Shown here: in pieces, positions 36,204 through 47,500 of the stretch
Layout of the letters: each line of letters starts with the position of its first letter
Position numbering within the stretch: position 1 is the first letter of the stretch
Translations under genes and position numbers: made by a program
DNA from: Malacoraja senta
Lineage: Eukaryota
DNA: 62,000 bases
Assembly: GCA_038087875.1 (NCBI GenBank)
Contig: CM075990.1
Coordinates: forward strand, 1,240,001 to 1,302,000
Direction of reading: 5' to 3'
Notes under the pieces: model-generated
What the model saw: the letters and a program-made list of their open reading frames with translations, nothing else
Databases searched by the model: none
What the model was told of the DNA's origin: nothing

Positions 36204-38084
36204 GGGTCTTTCTTTCTTAAACGGCAGTGGCATCTCATAGTGATCCTCCTCCTTGAGCCTGATGCCTTTTTCCATCCTTGATAGGAATCGGAGGTCTTCT
36301 TGAGAGATGTTGCCTTCCTCTGAAATTCTTTCCACAAAGTCAGCTTCCAGCACCTTGATGACAGCTGCAGGTGAGACTACTTCCTTGATCTGTGTTCTAT
36401 AGACATAATGCACTTCGCTTGTGAGGTTTGAAGAGGACTGAATACCTGATATCACTTGCTTCACGACAACCTGGTGACTCACTCCAATAGCATCTCCATA
36501 ATCGAGACATAGGTTGCCATAGCCAACTACTCTCCAGCCCAAGTCGGTTCTCAGTGCAAAGGGCTGATTTTCTTCACCAGGTAGCACTTGTCTTGGGACG
36601 AGAGCTTGAGGACAGTTGTAGCCAATTAGTAAGCCGACGTCGCAGCTTTGATGTGGAGCTATGTCATCTGCGATGTGTTCGAGATGAGGCCATGCCTTTG
36701 CAGTCTCTGGTGAGGGAATATGATCTCTATTTGTAGGTATAAATTCTCTTGTGTAGGTCGCTGGCAGCTGGATTATCTTGTCTGAGTAAAATCCTCTTAC
36801 TTGTAGACCAGTCAGTTTCCTACAGGACACAACTGTGTTTCTTGAAGTCATTGTGGAGAGCTTTAGCTGAACTGGTTCGTTCTTCACGTGTAGAGCCTTT
36901 GCAGTGTCTTCTCGGAGAAAGGTTGTGTCACTCTGTGTATCCAGAAGTGCATACACAAGAACTTCACGATTAGGCTCACTTGTGGCTGACACCCACACTT
37001 GGATGATGGTGGACGTATGGGTGTCTTTGACGTGCTGGATGACTCTATTGGATGTTGCCTCAGGTGAGGTTCTTGTTGTCTTATCTTGTGATCGGTTCAT
37101 CTTGCCTTCCATTGACCGCTCACGGTCTCTTGCTTCATCAGGCCTTGTTAACATCCTTCCTTCCTTGGTGCGATTGTCGTGGAGGCAAGTTGGATGTCTC
37201 CTTTCACATGTATTGCAGATCATTCTGTTTTCACATTCCTTTGAGCGATGGCCGGACTTCAGACAGCCAAGGCACAACTTCCTTTCTTGAACAAACTTGA
37301 CTCGCTCAGAGACCGTCTCATCCATGAATTTATAACACTTGTGTAGACTGTGACCTTCCCTCTCACAGAACACACAGCTTGTGGCGACAGCCTTCTCATC
37401 AGAGTTTGTTACCAATACCTTTGCTCCAGGACCTCTGTTCATTGAAGCCTTGCTCTTCTCAACTTCCCTTGGTTTTAGAGCGTAGAGGGACGTTATTGGG
37501 TTGCAAGCAATTTTTTGCTTCACGTGTGAGGAACTTGACGAATTGGCTGAAGCTTGGGCACTTGTGACTTTGTTCTTCCACTTCTATGACTTTCCTGTTC
37601 CATCTTGAGGTCAGCCAGTCTGGAAGTTTAGCAAGCATTTTCTGATTCTCGTTGCAGTCATTGAGTACCTCAAGACCTCTAATCTGAGACATGGCGGCCT
37701 CACAGCTGCGAAGGAAGTCAGTGAGTTCTTGAAGTTCTAAACTGCCTTTGGAGCTTATCTTGGGCCATGAATCAAGCTTGTCTCTGAAGGCTTTGGCGAT
37801 GAGGAATGGATTGCCATATCTCTCTTCTAGGATGGTCCACGCTGCATGATAGGCGGACTCTGTGCCTAGCAGAAAGTAACTCTCTATGGCCTTCTTGGCA
37901 GCTCCACCCACATACCTTCGCAGATAATATATCCTTTCTTCACCTGGTAGGGTTTTCTTGTCAATTAATGTCTGAAAGCAAACCTTCCAGTCATTGAATC
38001 TGAGTGGGTCGCCATTGAACGTTGACGGTTCCGGTATAGGAAGACGACTCGCACTGATGGACTCTGCAAACACTCTCACAAGAG

Positions 38085-38114
38085 CTGAAGAAGGGTTTCG
38101 GCCCGAAACGTTAC
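38085..38114 (+). ncRNA. Minimal type I hammerhead ribozyme motif (best-preserved copy in the window)
   Basis: CTGAAGA, stem II GGGT-TTCG-GCCC, GAAA, palindromic AACGTT, then A; stem I is poorly formed in this truncated copy. Confidence 0.55.
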
Positions 38115-38177
38115 CTATTTCCTTCGCTCCATAGATGCTGCTGCACCCGCTGAGTTTCTCCAGCATTTTTGTGTACC
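38088..38177 (+). mobile_element. 90-bp Penelope-like terminal fragment inserted in BEL gag, 15-bp TSD
   Basis: ctctcacaagagctg at 38073-38087 and 38178-38192; the insert matches the reverse complement of 8594-8688. Confidence 0.9.
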
Positions 38178-39686
38178 CTCTCACAAGAGCTGCTGTGCTA
38201 TCTTCTTGTTTTGGAAGTGTCATAGCTTGTGGTTGAGGGTGATGCTTCGACAGGTTACTTTCTGGGTTGACTTCCTTCTTCTCCTTCAGAGAGACGTGTT
38301 GATAGAGCAGCTTGTCTATTTCATCGTCTGAGCATTCACTCTGTTTATATACTTGCTGTCGTGCCTTGGCAGCCTTTAGCTTCCCTATTTTCTTCAATCG
38401 CTTTATTTGCCTGCGTTTGGCCTCTAGCACCCTTTTTCTCTCTGCATCTTCCGCTTCAAGTCTTTCAAGTTCTATAATATGCTGTTCTTGCTCTAGCAGC
38501 ACTTGTAATGTGGCTTCATTGGCTGCAACTTCAGCAGCGGCTTCTAGTCTGTGTGCAGAAGACTGGCTTGAACGTCTGGATGTGATTTTTGAGTTGCCTT
38601 GAGAACGAGCAGAGGACTGGGAGGATTTGGTGCGGTGAGATTTGATGCTCGTCTTATCTGAGGCCGCAGACTTGAACACAGATTCTGTATCTTTAACACC
38701 TTGTTCTACATCCACTTGACATTCACTCTTTCCCGTGTTTAGATAACCTCTTGCAGTTTTGATTATCTTCTTTGTTACTACTTCACAGGTGTCTACTCTG
38801 CGACCTGTGTCATGATCTAGAATGTCGATGTGTCTCAGCTCTTCATAAACAGCTTTCAGATTCCTTGAAGCATTGCTTACCTTGGTGATGTGTTCATTCA
38901 GCAGGTTGTTTGAGCATTGACCACTCAGCGCCCCTTTGGCGTCCTTAATGACAGCCTTCCACTTCTCGTAGCTCACACTGAAACGGTGTGCAACCTTTCT
39001 TACTTGCTCATCGTGCAGTTCTTGGCCCTTTTCCGTTAGCTTACGGAATCTTTGGCCTCTTTGTGGCTCTTGTGAGGAAGTGTGGATATCATCTCCAGTG
39101 CCTTTGGTCGTTTGTGCCTTTGGGCAGTGCTGTTTTGTGTCATCACCTGCATCATCTTCTCTGTCACTTTCAGGGGATAGCTCAAACTCTGACATTTTAC
39201 TTGGTTTACTTTACTTTGGTTTAAATCTAATATTTTCTTATGTTGAGTAAGTACCTAATTAATAAATAATTTTTATAGTGTTATCAACTTAAATCACTAT
39301 GTGATAATAGTAAGATTAAACGAGAACTTACCAGTTTGAAGTATGATCTGTATTTTATGAGGAGTTACGATGAGGGATTACGTGAAGAACCCGCTCAGTG
39401 CGCAGGCGCGGCATACTTCCAAGCAGCGGTGTGGAATCACAGATAGACACAGGTATTTGAAGTAAACATAGTAAAGAAAAGGAGACATCAATTTATTAGT
39501 TTGATCCATATAATGAGGGTGGGAGCGGAGGGCACGTAATCCCTCATCGTAACTCCTCATAAAATACAGATCAAACTTCAAACTGGTAAGTTCTCGTTTA
39601 ATCTTACTATTTTACTTCGGAGTCACGTGAGTGACTACGTAAAGATTTCAAAGCTCTGTGATTTCAAACCGTGTAACAGTTTTATT

Positions 39687-40560
39687 TCACTCACTGCCGA
39701 AGTTCTTGAGGGAGGAAGTGCTATCGTAATCAACCGGTACGTCCATTCTCTCGGCCGTTGATGTAGATGCTGCCCTAGTGGAATGAGATTTAAATGTATT
39801 AGTATCTATTCCGGCAGCCTTCAGTACCTGTTTGAGCCATCTTGAAATGGTTTGGCTCATTACCCGGCCATGAGGTTTCTTGTGGCTGACCCATAAAGCT
39901 TTTTCACTCCCTCTGATATTGTGGGTTGTGTCTATATAATGTTGTAGATGGGTCACGACACACAACCGTGGCTCTTGTGGGTAGGCCCGGAATACCACCG
40001 GTGGATTAGCTGTTCCTGGCCTTCTTTGCTTCACCAGACCCTGTATGATGAATGTGATCTGATCTGGGGTGGTCACCATGTTGTCCAGCCTTACCTTGTG
40101 TAGTGACTGGACCCTCTGAGCGGATACGAGTGCCATCAACATGAGCGTCTTTAGTGTAGATTGCTCGAGGCTGAGGGATCTGGCTGGTGGCCATTCCCTG
40201 AGGTATGTCAGGACCACACTGATATCCCAAATATGGGTATACCTGGGTTTAGGGGGCTTGATATTATAAATGCCCTTCATCAGTTTTACCACCAGTGGAT
40301 GGGATCCCATTGCCTGTTGTCCTGCTGGTTTGAGATAAGCAGAAAGAGCACTCGCGCTGTGTTGATGGCACTGTAACTGATCCCTTCATCATGGTGTAGA
40401 TGGGCCAGGAACTCCAGTACATTGGTGGCTGTGGCTGTTGCATATGTTGTCCCTGTTTCCTGGCAGTACTTCTCCCATTTTCTTATGCTGATTAACTACT
40501 GCCTCTTGGTGGATGTTCGAAGGGATGCCGACATGGTGGTGATGGTTCGTTCGGACAATC
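39687..40560 (-). pseudogene. DIRS tyrosine recombinase, disrupted; C-terminal W...Y catalytic segment missing
   Basis: HPLVVKLMKG, MALVSAQRVQSL, LCVV, TISRWLK, HSTRAAS; no GW...TF..Y follows. Confidence 0.85.
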
Positions 40561-40581
40561 CCAGTTCCAGGTAAGGTCTAT

Positions 40582-41127
40582 TCAAAACCTGCAACCCAGG
40601 AGATTAATTTTCTCATGGCATGGGTGGCTTATGCCTGATACTGGGTGAGTTAATGATCCTGGATCACTGGGAAAGACCATTGGTGACTCAACCACCATGT
40701 CATGTAGAACCGGGATCCATGGCTGTGTAGGCCAGTCGGGCACCATCAAAATTCCAGAAGCAGAGTCCATCTGTATTTTGCGAAGTACCCGACTGATGAG
40801 GCAGAAGGGAGGGAAAGCATAGAAGAAGAAATTTCCCCCATCCAGCGTGAAGGCATCTACCGCTGCTGCCTCTAGGTCTGGTTCCCAAGCGACATACATA
40901 GGTAACTGGTGATTTAGTCGTGATGCAAATAAATCGATATCTGGCATTCCATACTGTTTAATAACTTTAGCAAATACTTTAGGGTTTAACATACATTCGA
41001 TGTTATCATTGAATTTGCGTGACCTGGTGTCTGCCACTGTGTTTAGCTTACCTGGTAGATAAGTAGCTGATAGCCAAATATGTCTGTCGACACACCTAGC
41101 CAAATCACGTTGACAAATTTGTTGCAT
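40582..41127 (-). pseudogene. DIRS RNase H C-terminus + Dam-like adenine methyltransferase domain
   Basis: YLPGKLNTVADTRSR, PDIDLFASRLN, VDAFT, FYAFPPF, PDWPTQPW. Confidence 0.85.
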
Positions 41128-42506
41128 GATAATGATTTTATGCCGCCCTTATGGTTAATATAAGCCACCACCGTAGTATTATCAATCTGTAACCGAACAT
41201 GCAAGTGCTGCATATTAGATACATATGCTTTTAAACCATAAAAGGCACCCAACATCTCTAGATAGTTAATGCCCAGTGTCAGTAGTAATGAAGACTCTAG
41301 GTTAGTCCATCTACCACCTGTGCTGGATATGGAGTTAGTTGCTCCCCAGCCTTGAGCACTAGCATCTGTTTGAAGAACTAAAGTAGGGTTAGTGATGATG
41401 AAACTATGCCAAATATTTTCTGCCCACCACTGTAGCTCTGATATTGCTTCAGTGGGTAATTTCATGACACGATCATAGTGACCTGTATGTCGTTTTAGTG
41501 CCTGTACCTTTGCTCTTTGTAAATTTGGATAGTGCAAAGGTCCGAATTGTGTAGCCGGAAATGCTGCTACCATTTTCCCAATCACTCTTGCTACTTGTCG
41601 AATAGTTGGTCGTTTGTTGACCATTAAATTGTTGCATGATTGTGCTAATGCAACCATTTTTTCCTTTGGCAAGGTAACAGTCATATGGACTGAGTTAATT
41701 GTGAAGCCCAGGTAGTCCATGATAGTGGATGGCTTCAACTTAGATTTATCTGGATGTAGGACGAACCCCAGAGTTTCGAGGAGCTGTTTTGTAGCTGATA
41801 CTGCTGCCACAGCCAATTCCATCATTTTCACTACTATCAGAATATCATCCAGGTACGCCATGACAATAAGTTTTTGTTTTCTTAGTATTGCCATGGCTAT
41901 TATCAATATTTTGGTGAATAATCTTGGGGCTGAAGTTAGCCCATTGGGCAATACTTTGTACTGCCACAGCTGCCCCAACCAGATAAATTTTAGGTATCTG
42001 CAATGATCCTTGTGTATGGGTATTAGATAGTAAGCATCTTTAAGATCAATGCTTGCCATGAAGTATCCTTTGGAAATCAGTTGTTTGGCAGTAACAAATG
42101 TCTCCATTTTGAAATGTATATACTTAACAAACTTATTTAGTGATGTTAAGTCAACGATGATGCGACATCCACCATCTTTTTTGGTTTTAGTGAATATATT
42201 TGATACAAATTCCAAAGGTTCATGTTTGGTCTTTTGGATGACCCCCTTTTTGATAAGTCTCACCAGTTCAGCTTGTCCCTCATGTTTCTCTTTGACGGAG
42301 GGAGAAAATACCCTTTGGGGCCAATGTTGAACTGGCGGCGATTTTTCTGACATGAACTGAATTTTATATCCACTAATGCTGTTGAGTATATACTTGTCAC
42401 CCGTGACAGTAACCCATGCTTCTTTAAACAAGTGTAATCTCCCCCCTGTTAGTAAAGCACCCTTATTCTCTATATGCTGGCAGGAACCAGACCCACCTAC
42501 CTCCAT
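41043..42506 (-). pseudogene. DIRS reverse transcriptase/RNase H (frameshift near 41100)
   Basis: IDLKDAYY, LPNGLTSAPRLFTK, YLDDIL, TDASAQGWG, INYLEM, IDNTTVVAYIN. Confidence 0.9.
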
Positions 42507-42508
42507 GG

Positions 42509-43600
42509 TTATTGGCGTTTCTTTTGTTTCCTCATGTTCTTGTAGGCTTTGCTGGCGATGTTGGGGGGTGGCGCATTTTCCATGGTGTCCGCTCTGGGCC
42601 CTGATCTAAAAAAGATCTTTGGGGATAAAATGCGGTCCCCATATTGAGGACGTCGACTGGTGGATGCCGTGGGGTGCTGCCGCTTGGGTATTGTAGGTCT
42701 TGGTTTGCTCGTCCCGGGGCCTGCCCTCATGAGGCCGAAAGTTTTCGCTGCTTCCTCCATGTCCCTCAGTTTCTTGTTGAGGTCTTTCCCAAATAATAGA
42801 GCATCCGTTTCTGCAGCTGGGGCTCTGCACAACCCAGCAAATTTGGGATTGAGGGCAGGTCTTATGTTTTCCCGCCGGAGATTATTGATCTCAAATTGAC
42901 GAATGTGTGACCCCACGTGCCCCCAGATCTGGCTGTTCATACTCTTGACTCTGAGGGCCTCACAGTTCTCTGGTGCTGTGTAGAGTTCTAGCGCCTCAAG
43001 AAGCACCTTCTCCTGCAAGAGCTTATTTGAAAGATGATTGATGCTGGCCGCCATTTTCGGTTCCAGCGGTCTTCCGGCACGTGGGGTTGCTACATAGCGG
43101 TCCACCACACCCAGCAGCTCTTCCTGCTCCTGCACCCCTTGCGTACTCCCGAGCTCGTCCGCCAGCCCCTGTTCCAGACCAGCCCAACCCTGGTCACCAA
43201 TGCTAGCCTCCAGTAATGAGGGAGCAGAGGGCAGTGCACAAGACACTGTGGAGGAGGTGCCTGACCTTCCTCCGCGAGAACGCTCTTTCTGCGTATCCCG
43301 CTGGAGCATCTGCTCCAAGAGCTGTTGTAAGCTCAGGCGGCTGTCTCTCCTCCGTTTAGGTGGAGACATGCCCCCATCCGACGAATCGGAAATTACCGGC
43401 CGGTTAGTTTTTCTGGTGGATTTTCTCCCTGTCCGCTGTTCAGGCATTAGCGGGACTGCGCTTGGCTCGGTCTCGGGGATAGCGGAGCGCTCTATGAGCA
43501 TTCCTGCCGCCTGTTGCTGCCCCCCTGAGATTGAACGCTCCTCTGGTGGAGTTGAGCTGGGGGCAGTTCTCTTCGATAGTCTTTTCCTGAGTGTACTCAT
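42509..43600 (-). CDS. DIRS ORF1 (gag-like), probably internally deleted
   Basis: Long ORF upstream of RT with PENC..L.V..N.QIW, RRENIRPALN and LLFG motifs. Confidence 0.75.
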   Translation of the reverse strand: MSTLRKRLSKRTAPSSTPPEERSISGGQQQAAGMLIERSAIPETEPSAVPLMPEQRTGRKSTRKTNRPVISDSSDGGMSPPKRRRDSRLSLQQLLEQMLQRDTQKERSRGGRSGTSSTVSCALPSAPSLLEASIGDQGWAGLEQGLADELGSTQGVQEQEELLGVVDRYVATPRAGRPLEPKMAASINHLSNKLLQEKVLLEALELYTAPENCEALRVKSMNSQIWGHVGSHIRQFEINNLRRENIRPALNPKFAGLCRAPAAETDALLFGKDLNKKLRDMEEAAKTFGLMRAGPGTSKPRPTIPKRQHPTASTSRRPQYGDRILSPKIFFRSGPRADTMENAPPPNIASKAYKNMRKQKKRQ

Positions 43601-44283
43601 TTTTGTATAGAACACACCACACAACGACTCTCCTTCTCCGTTAGATCTTCCACTACTTCAGTATACTTACCTAACGGTCCGTTTTTTAAATTGCAGCCGG
43701 AGAGCCTAACTCCAGCTGCCGCCGCTGTTGCACTGCTGGCGTAATGCCGCGCCTGCGCACTGAGCCGGTTCTTCACGTAGTCACTCACGTGACTCCGAAG
43801 TAAAATTAGACAAATAAAGGTATCAACTCTTCCACAGGTAAGTTACATATGCATTAAACACTTGTTAAGTAACAGAAATGCACCTTTAAATTACTGCTTG
43901 TTTTAACAGGATTTTTACAGTGTAACCATTAATAAACAAATTCTCAATATCAACACAGTGTGAGTATCAATGGTCTTCAATAAGGAAAGGTAAGTAAACA
44001 ACATAACTGAAATGCACATTATATCTCACTCTTGTGCAAAACACTTAAAGTCCTTTAGTTGTAGAAAATAACAACATCAACTTATTAAATGAAAATGTAG
44101 ATAATATATCAGTCTCTTGTGCAAAACACGAGTCTTTTTCCCTGTGGGCTTGCTCTTCTTGTGTTTCGGCGTAGGTGGTGGTAGAAGATACACACGCAGC
44201 ATGGATATGGTCCGTCGCTTCTCGGCTGCTGCCGTCTGGTGACGTCCTCCTCGGCTACTCATGCAGAGCAGTCGAGTTCTCAC

Positions 44284-44341
44284 TGTAGCTCCCAAGTAGT
44301 ACACGAGGCCCGAGATCGTGGTTAAATACGGTGTTTATTTC
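44284..44341 (-). repeat. Remnant 3' end (U5 side) of the BEL 5' LTR
   Basis: Minus strand gaaataaacaccgtatttaaccacgatctcgggcctcgtgtactacttgggagctaca, followed by the leader that runs toward gag. Confidence 0.8.
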
Positions 44342-45272
44342 CACTTACTGCGGGGTGGATTGCTTTGGACCATTCCACATCAAAGAAGGAAGGAAAGAGC
44401 TAAAGCGTTATGGACTATTACTTACCTGCATGTGTTCCAGAGCAGTACACATCGAAATGCTCGATAGCTTGACCACAGATGCCTTCATTAACGCCCTGCG
44501 TTCATTCATCGCCATTCGTGGAATGGTACGGCAAATAAAATGTGATCAAGGGACGAACTTTATTGGTGCAAGGCGTGAGTTTGTTGAAGCACTGAGAGAG
44601 ATGGATCAAGAGGAACTCAAGGAGCTGGGATGTGAGTTCATCATGAACACCCCAGCTTCAAGTCACATGGGTGGCGTTTGGGAAAGACAAATCTGCACCA
44701 TCAGAAGTGTCTTAATGGCTATTCTAGACCAGTCAGCCCAACAACTCGACTGCTCCTCTCTACGAACGTTCCTATACAAAGTCATGGCGGTCGTGAATAG
44801 CAGACCTCTAACTACTGATAACATAAATGATACATCCAGTCCAGAGCCCTTGACACCAAACCACATCCTGACCATGAAGTCTACGATCATATCCCCTCCT
44901 CCTGGGAAGTTCGTCAAGGAAGATCTTTACCTCCGCAAGAGATGGCGTCGAGTTCAACTCCTAGCCAACAACTTCTGGTCACGATGGAAAAAAGAGTATC
45001 TCTTAAATCTTCAGCACAGACAGAAGTGGACCAAAGACTACAGAAACGCAAAGGTCAATGACATTGTTCTGCTAAAGGATGATGCGACACCACGGAATCA
45101 GTGGAAGTTGGCAAGGATCAGTGAAGTTCATCCCGGGAAGGATGGAAAAGTGAGAAGAATCCAGTTGCTGATAGGTGACTCAACTCTCGATGATAATGGA
45201 AAGCGCACCTCCAAACCGGTTCACCTGGAGAGACCCATTCAGAAGATAGTAACACTGGTGGAAACAGACTGA
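44342..45272 (+). pseudogene. BEL/Pao integrase core + DUF5641-like C-terminus (N-terminus lost)
   Basis: TYCGVDCFGPF, CDQGTNF, HMGGVWERQI, VNSRPL, RWRRVQLLANNFWSRWKKEYL, RPIQKIV. Confidence 0.92.
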
Positions 45273-45405
45273 AGTCTCCAGTATCTTACGCTCACCTTAA
45301 GTCTATTAGTGGCCCATAGTTAGATAGTATTTTGAAATAATGTTTATATGCAGTATGTATGTCTCTTTAAGTTGTTCTAAGAAATCACATGTGATTTGGT
45401 GGGAG

Positions 45406-45819
45406 TGTAACTGCCCCACATCGGCAGTTAGTTAAATTCTGAACCTCACGATTTTTGGTTCCTACCTGAAATAGTGGCGTTCCTAAGGGCGGAACTAAAT
45501 TGCCGACTTAGTTTCCAGGGGGGCATGGTTGTGGGCGCACCTTGGAGGGCAGCAAAGAAAAGGGAAGCAGCACAAAGGGGATACACCGCCAAAATAAGTT
45601 AAATATTAAATAAGTAAGATCATAAAGAAAGACAGAAGCATGACTAAGAAGAAACCAAGATATACCTCTTAAGTAGTAAGCAGTGGACGAGTTCTCACTG
45701 TAGCTCCCAAGTAGTACACGAGGCCCAAGATCGTGGTTAAATTCGGGGTTGGTTGGAGCCGAAAATTAACCCCGTATTTAACCACGATCTCGGGCCTCGT
45801 GTACTACTTGGGAGCTACA
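45406..45819 (+). repeat. BEL/Pao 3' LTR (414 bp) with terminal 52-bp hairpin
   Basis: tttggtgggag|tgtaactg...gggagctaca|cccct; arms 45699-45750 and 45768-45819 match at 50/52 positions. Confidence 0.92.
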
Positions 45820-47500
45820 CCCCTGATCCCTTTAGCCACAAGGGCCACATCTAACTCCCTCTTAAATATAGCCAATGAACTGGCCTCAACTACCTTTTGT
45901 GGCAGAGAATTCCACAGATTCACCACTCTCTGCACAAAAAATGATTTTCTCATCTCGGTCCTAAAAGACTTCACCCTTATCCTTAAACTGTGACCCCTTG
46001 TTCTGGACTTCCCCAACATCGGGAATAATCTTCCTGATTCTAGCCTGTCCAACCCCTTAAGAATTTTGTAAGTTTCTATAAGATCCCCCCTCAATCTTCT
46101 AAATTCTAGCGAGTACAAGCCGAGTCTATCCAGTCTTTCTTCATATGAAAGTCCTGACATCCCAGGATTCAGTTTGGTGAACCTTCTCTGCACTCCCTCC
46201 ATGGCAAGAATGTGTTTCCTCAGATTTGGAGACCAAAACTGTACGCAATACTCCAGGTGTGGTCTCACCAAGACCCTGTACAACTGCAGTAGAACCTTCC
46301 TGCTCCTATACTCAAATCCTTTTGCTATGAATGCTAACATACCATTCGCTTTCCTCATTGCTTGCTGCACCTGCATGCCTACTTTCAATGACTGGTGTAC
46401 CATGACACCCAGGTCTCGTTGCATCTCCCCTTTTACTAATCGGCCGCCATTTGGATAATAGTCTACTTTCCTGTTTTTGCCACCAAAGTGGATAACCTCA
46501 CATTTATCCACATTATACTGCATCTGCCATGCATTTTCCCACTCACCCAGCCTATCCAAGTCACCTTGCAGCCTCCTAGCATCCTCCTGACAGTTAACAC
46601 TGCCCCCCAGCTTCATGTCATCCGCAAACTTGGAGATTCAATTCAATTCCCTCGTCCAAATCATTAATATATATTGTAAATAGCTGGGGTCCCAGCGCTG
46701 AGCCTTGCGGTACCCCACTAGTCACTGCCTGCCATTCTGAAAAGGACCCGTTTACTCCTACTCTTTGCTTCCTGTCTGCCAGCCAGTTCTCTATCCACAT
46801 CAATACTGAACCCCCAATACCGTGTGCATTAAGTTTGTATACTAATCACTTATGTAGAACCTTATCGAAAGCCTTCTGAAAGTCCAGATATAACACATCC
46901 ATTGGTTCTCCCTTATCCACTCTACTAGTTACATCCTCGAAAATTCTATAAGATTCGTCAGACATGATTTACCTTTCGTAAATCCATGCTGACTTTGTCC
47001 AATGATTTCACCACTTTCCAAATGTGCTGCTATTCCATCTTTAATAACTGACTAGCAGTTTCCCCACTACCGATGTTAGACTAACTGGTCTGTAATTCCC
47101 CGTTTTCTCTCTCCCTCCCTTTTTAAAAAGTGGGGTTACATTAGCTACCCTCCAATCCTCAGGAACTACTCCAGAATCTAAAGAGTTTTGAAAAATTATC
47201 ACTAATCCATCCACTATTTCTGGGGCTTCTTCCTTAAGTACTCTGGGATGCAGCCTATCTGGCCCTGGGGATTATTGGCCTTTAATCCATTCAATTTACC
47301 TAACACCACTTCCCGGCTAACCTGGATTTCACTCAGTTCCGCCATCTCATTTGACCCCCGGTCCCCTGCTATTTCCGGCAGATTATTTATGTCTTCCTTA
47401 GTGAAGACAGAACCAAAGTAGTTATTCAATTGGTCTGCCATGTCCTTGCTCCCCATGATCAATTCACCTGTTCCTGACTGAAAGGGACCTACATTTGACC
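45820..47500 (-). mobile_element. CR1 LINE body (RT region), 5'-truncated
   Basis: ORFs 45804-46616, 46618-46803 and 47214-47500 with [33 protein letters not shown]. Confidence 0.92.

Larger units (their letters stand above)
36194..39195 (-). pseudogene. BEL/Pao gag-protease polyprotein, frameshifted at ~37515 (extra A in an A-run) and truncated before RT
   Basis: DUF1759-like PEPSTFNGDPLRFNDWK; three knuckles CVFCEREGHSLHKC, CLGCLKSGHRSKEC, CNTCERRHPTCLH; protease LLDTQSDTTF; ends at HYEMPLPFKKERPNLP. Confidence 0.92.
39306..43806 (-). mobile_element. DIRS1-type tyrosine-recombinase retrotransposon nested in the BEL leader
   Basis: Inverted terminal repeats (tacgtgaagaacc.gctcagtgcgcaggcgcggcat at ~39379 and its reverse complement at ~43744-43779); internal complementary region ~39535-39640 matching both termini; AAT trinucleotide at both ends. 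Confidence 0.95.
33640..45819. mobile_element. Rearranged BEL/Pao LTR retrotransposon locus (5-bp TSD cccct), RT/RNase H missing, interior inverted
   Basis: The first 8 nt of the LTR (tgtaactg) lie at 33640 after cccct; a complete LTR ends at 45819 before cccct; gag-PR on the minus strand, integrase on the plus strand. Confidence 0.85.

Noticed and set aside
37500..37525. Frame change between BEL ORFs as programmed frameshifting
   Set aside because: It is one extra A in a homopolymer inside gag; BEL/Pao elements typically have a single ORF, so mutation or sequencing error is more likely.
40582..41127. Adenine methyltransferase as a bacterial or phage horizontal acquisition
   Set aside because: A Dam-like domain after RNase H is a standard part of DIRS1 elements.
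33647..47117. 1.78-kb inverted arms as TIRs of a giant DNA transposon (Polinton/foldback/composite)
   Set aside because: The arms consist of CR1 and BEL LTR sequence, the right arm continues seamlessly into more CR1, there is no TSD at the arm ends and no polymerase or transposase; the cccct TSD explains the locus as a rearranged BEL insertion.
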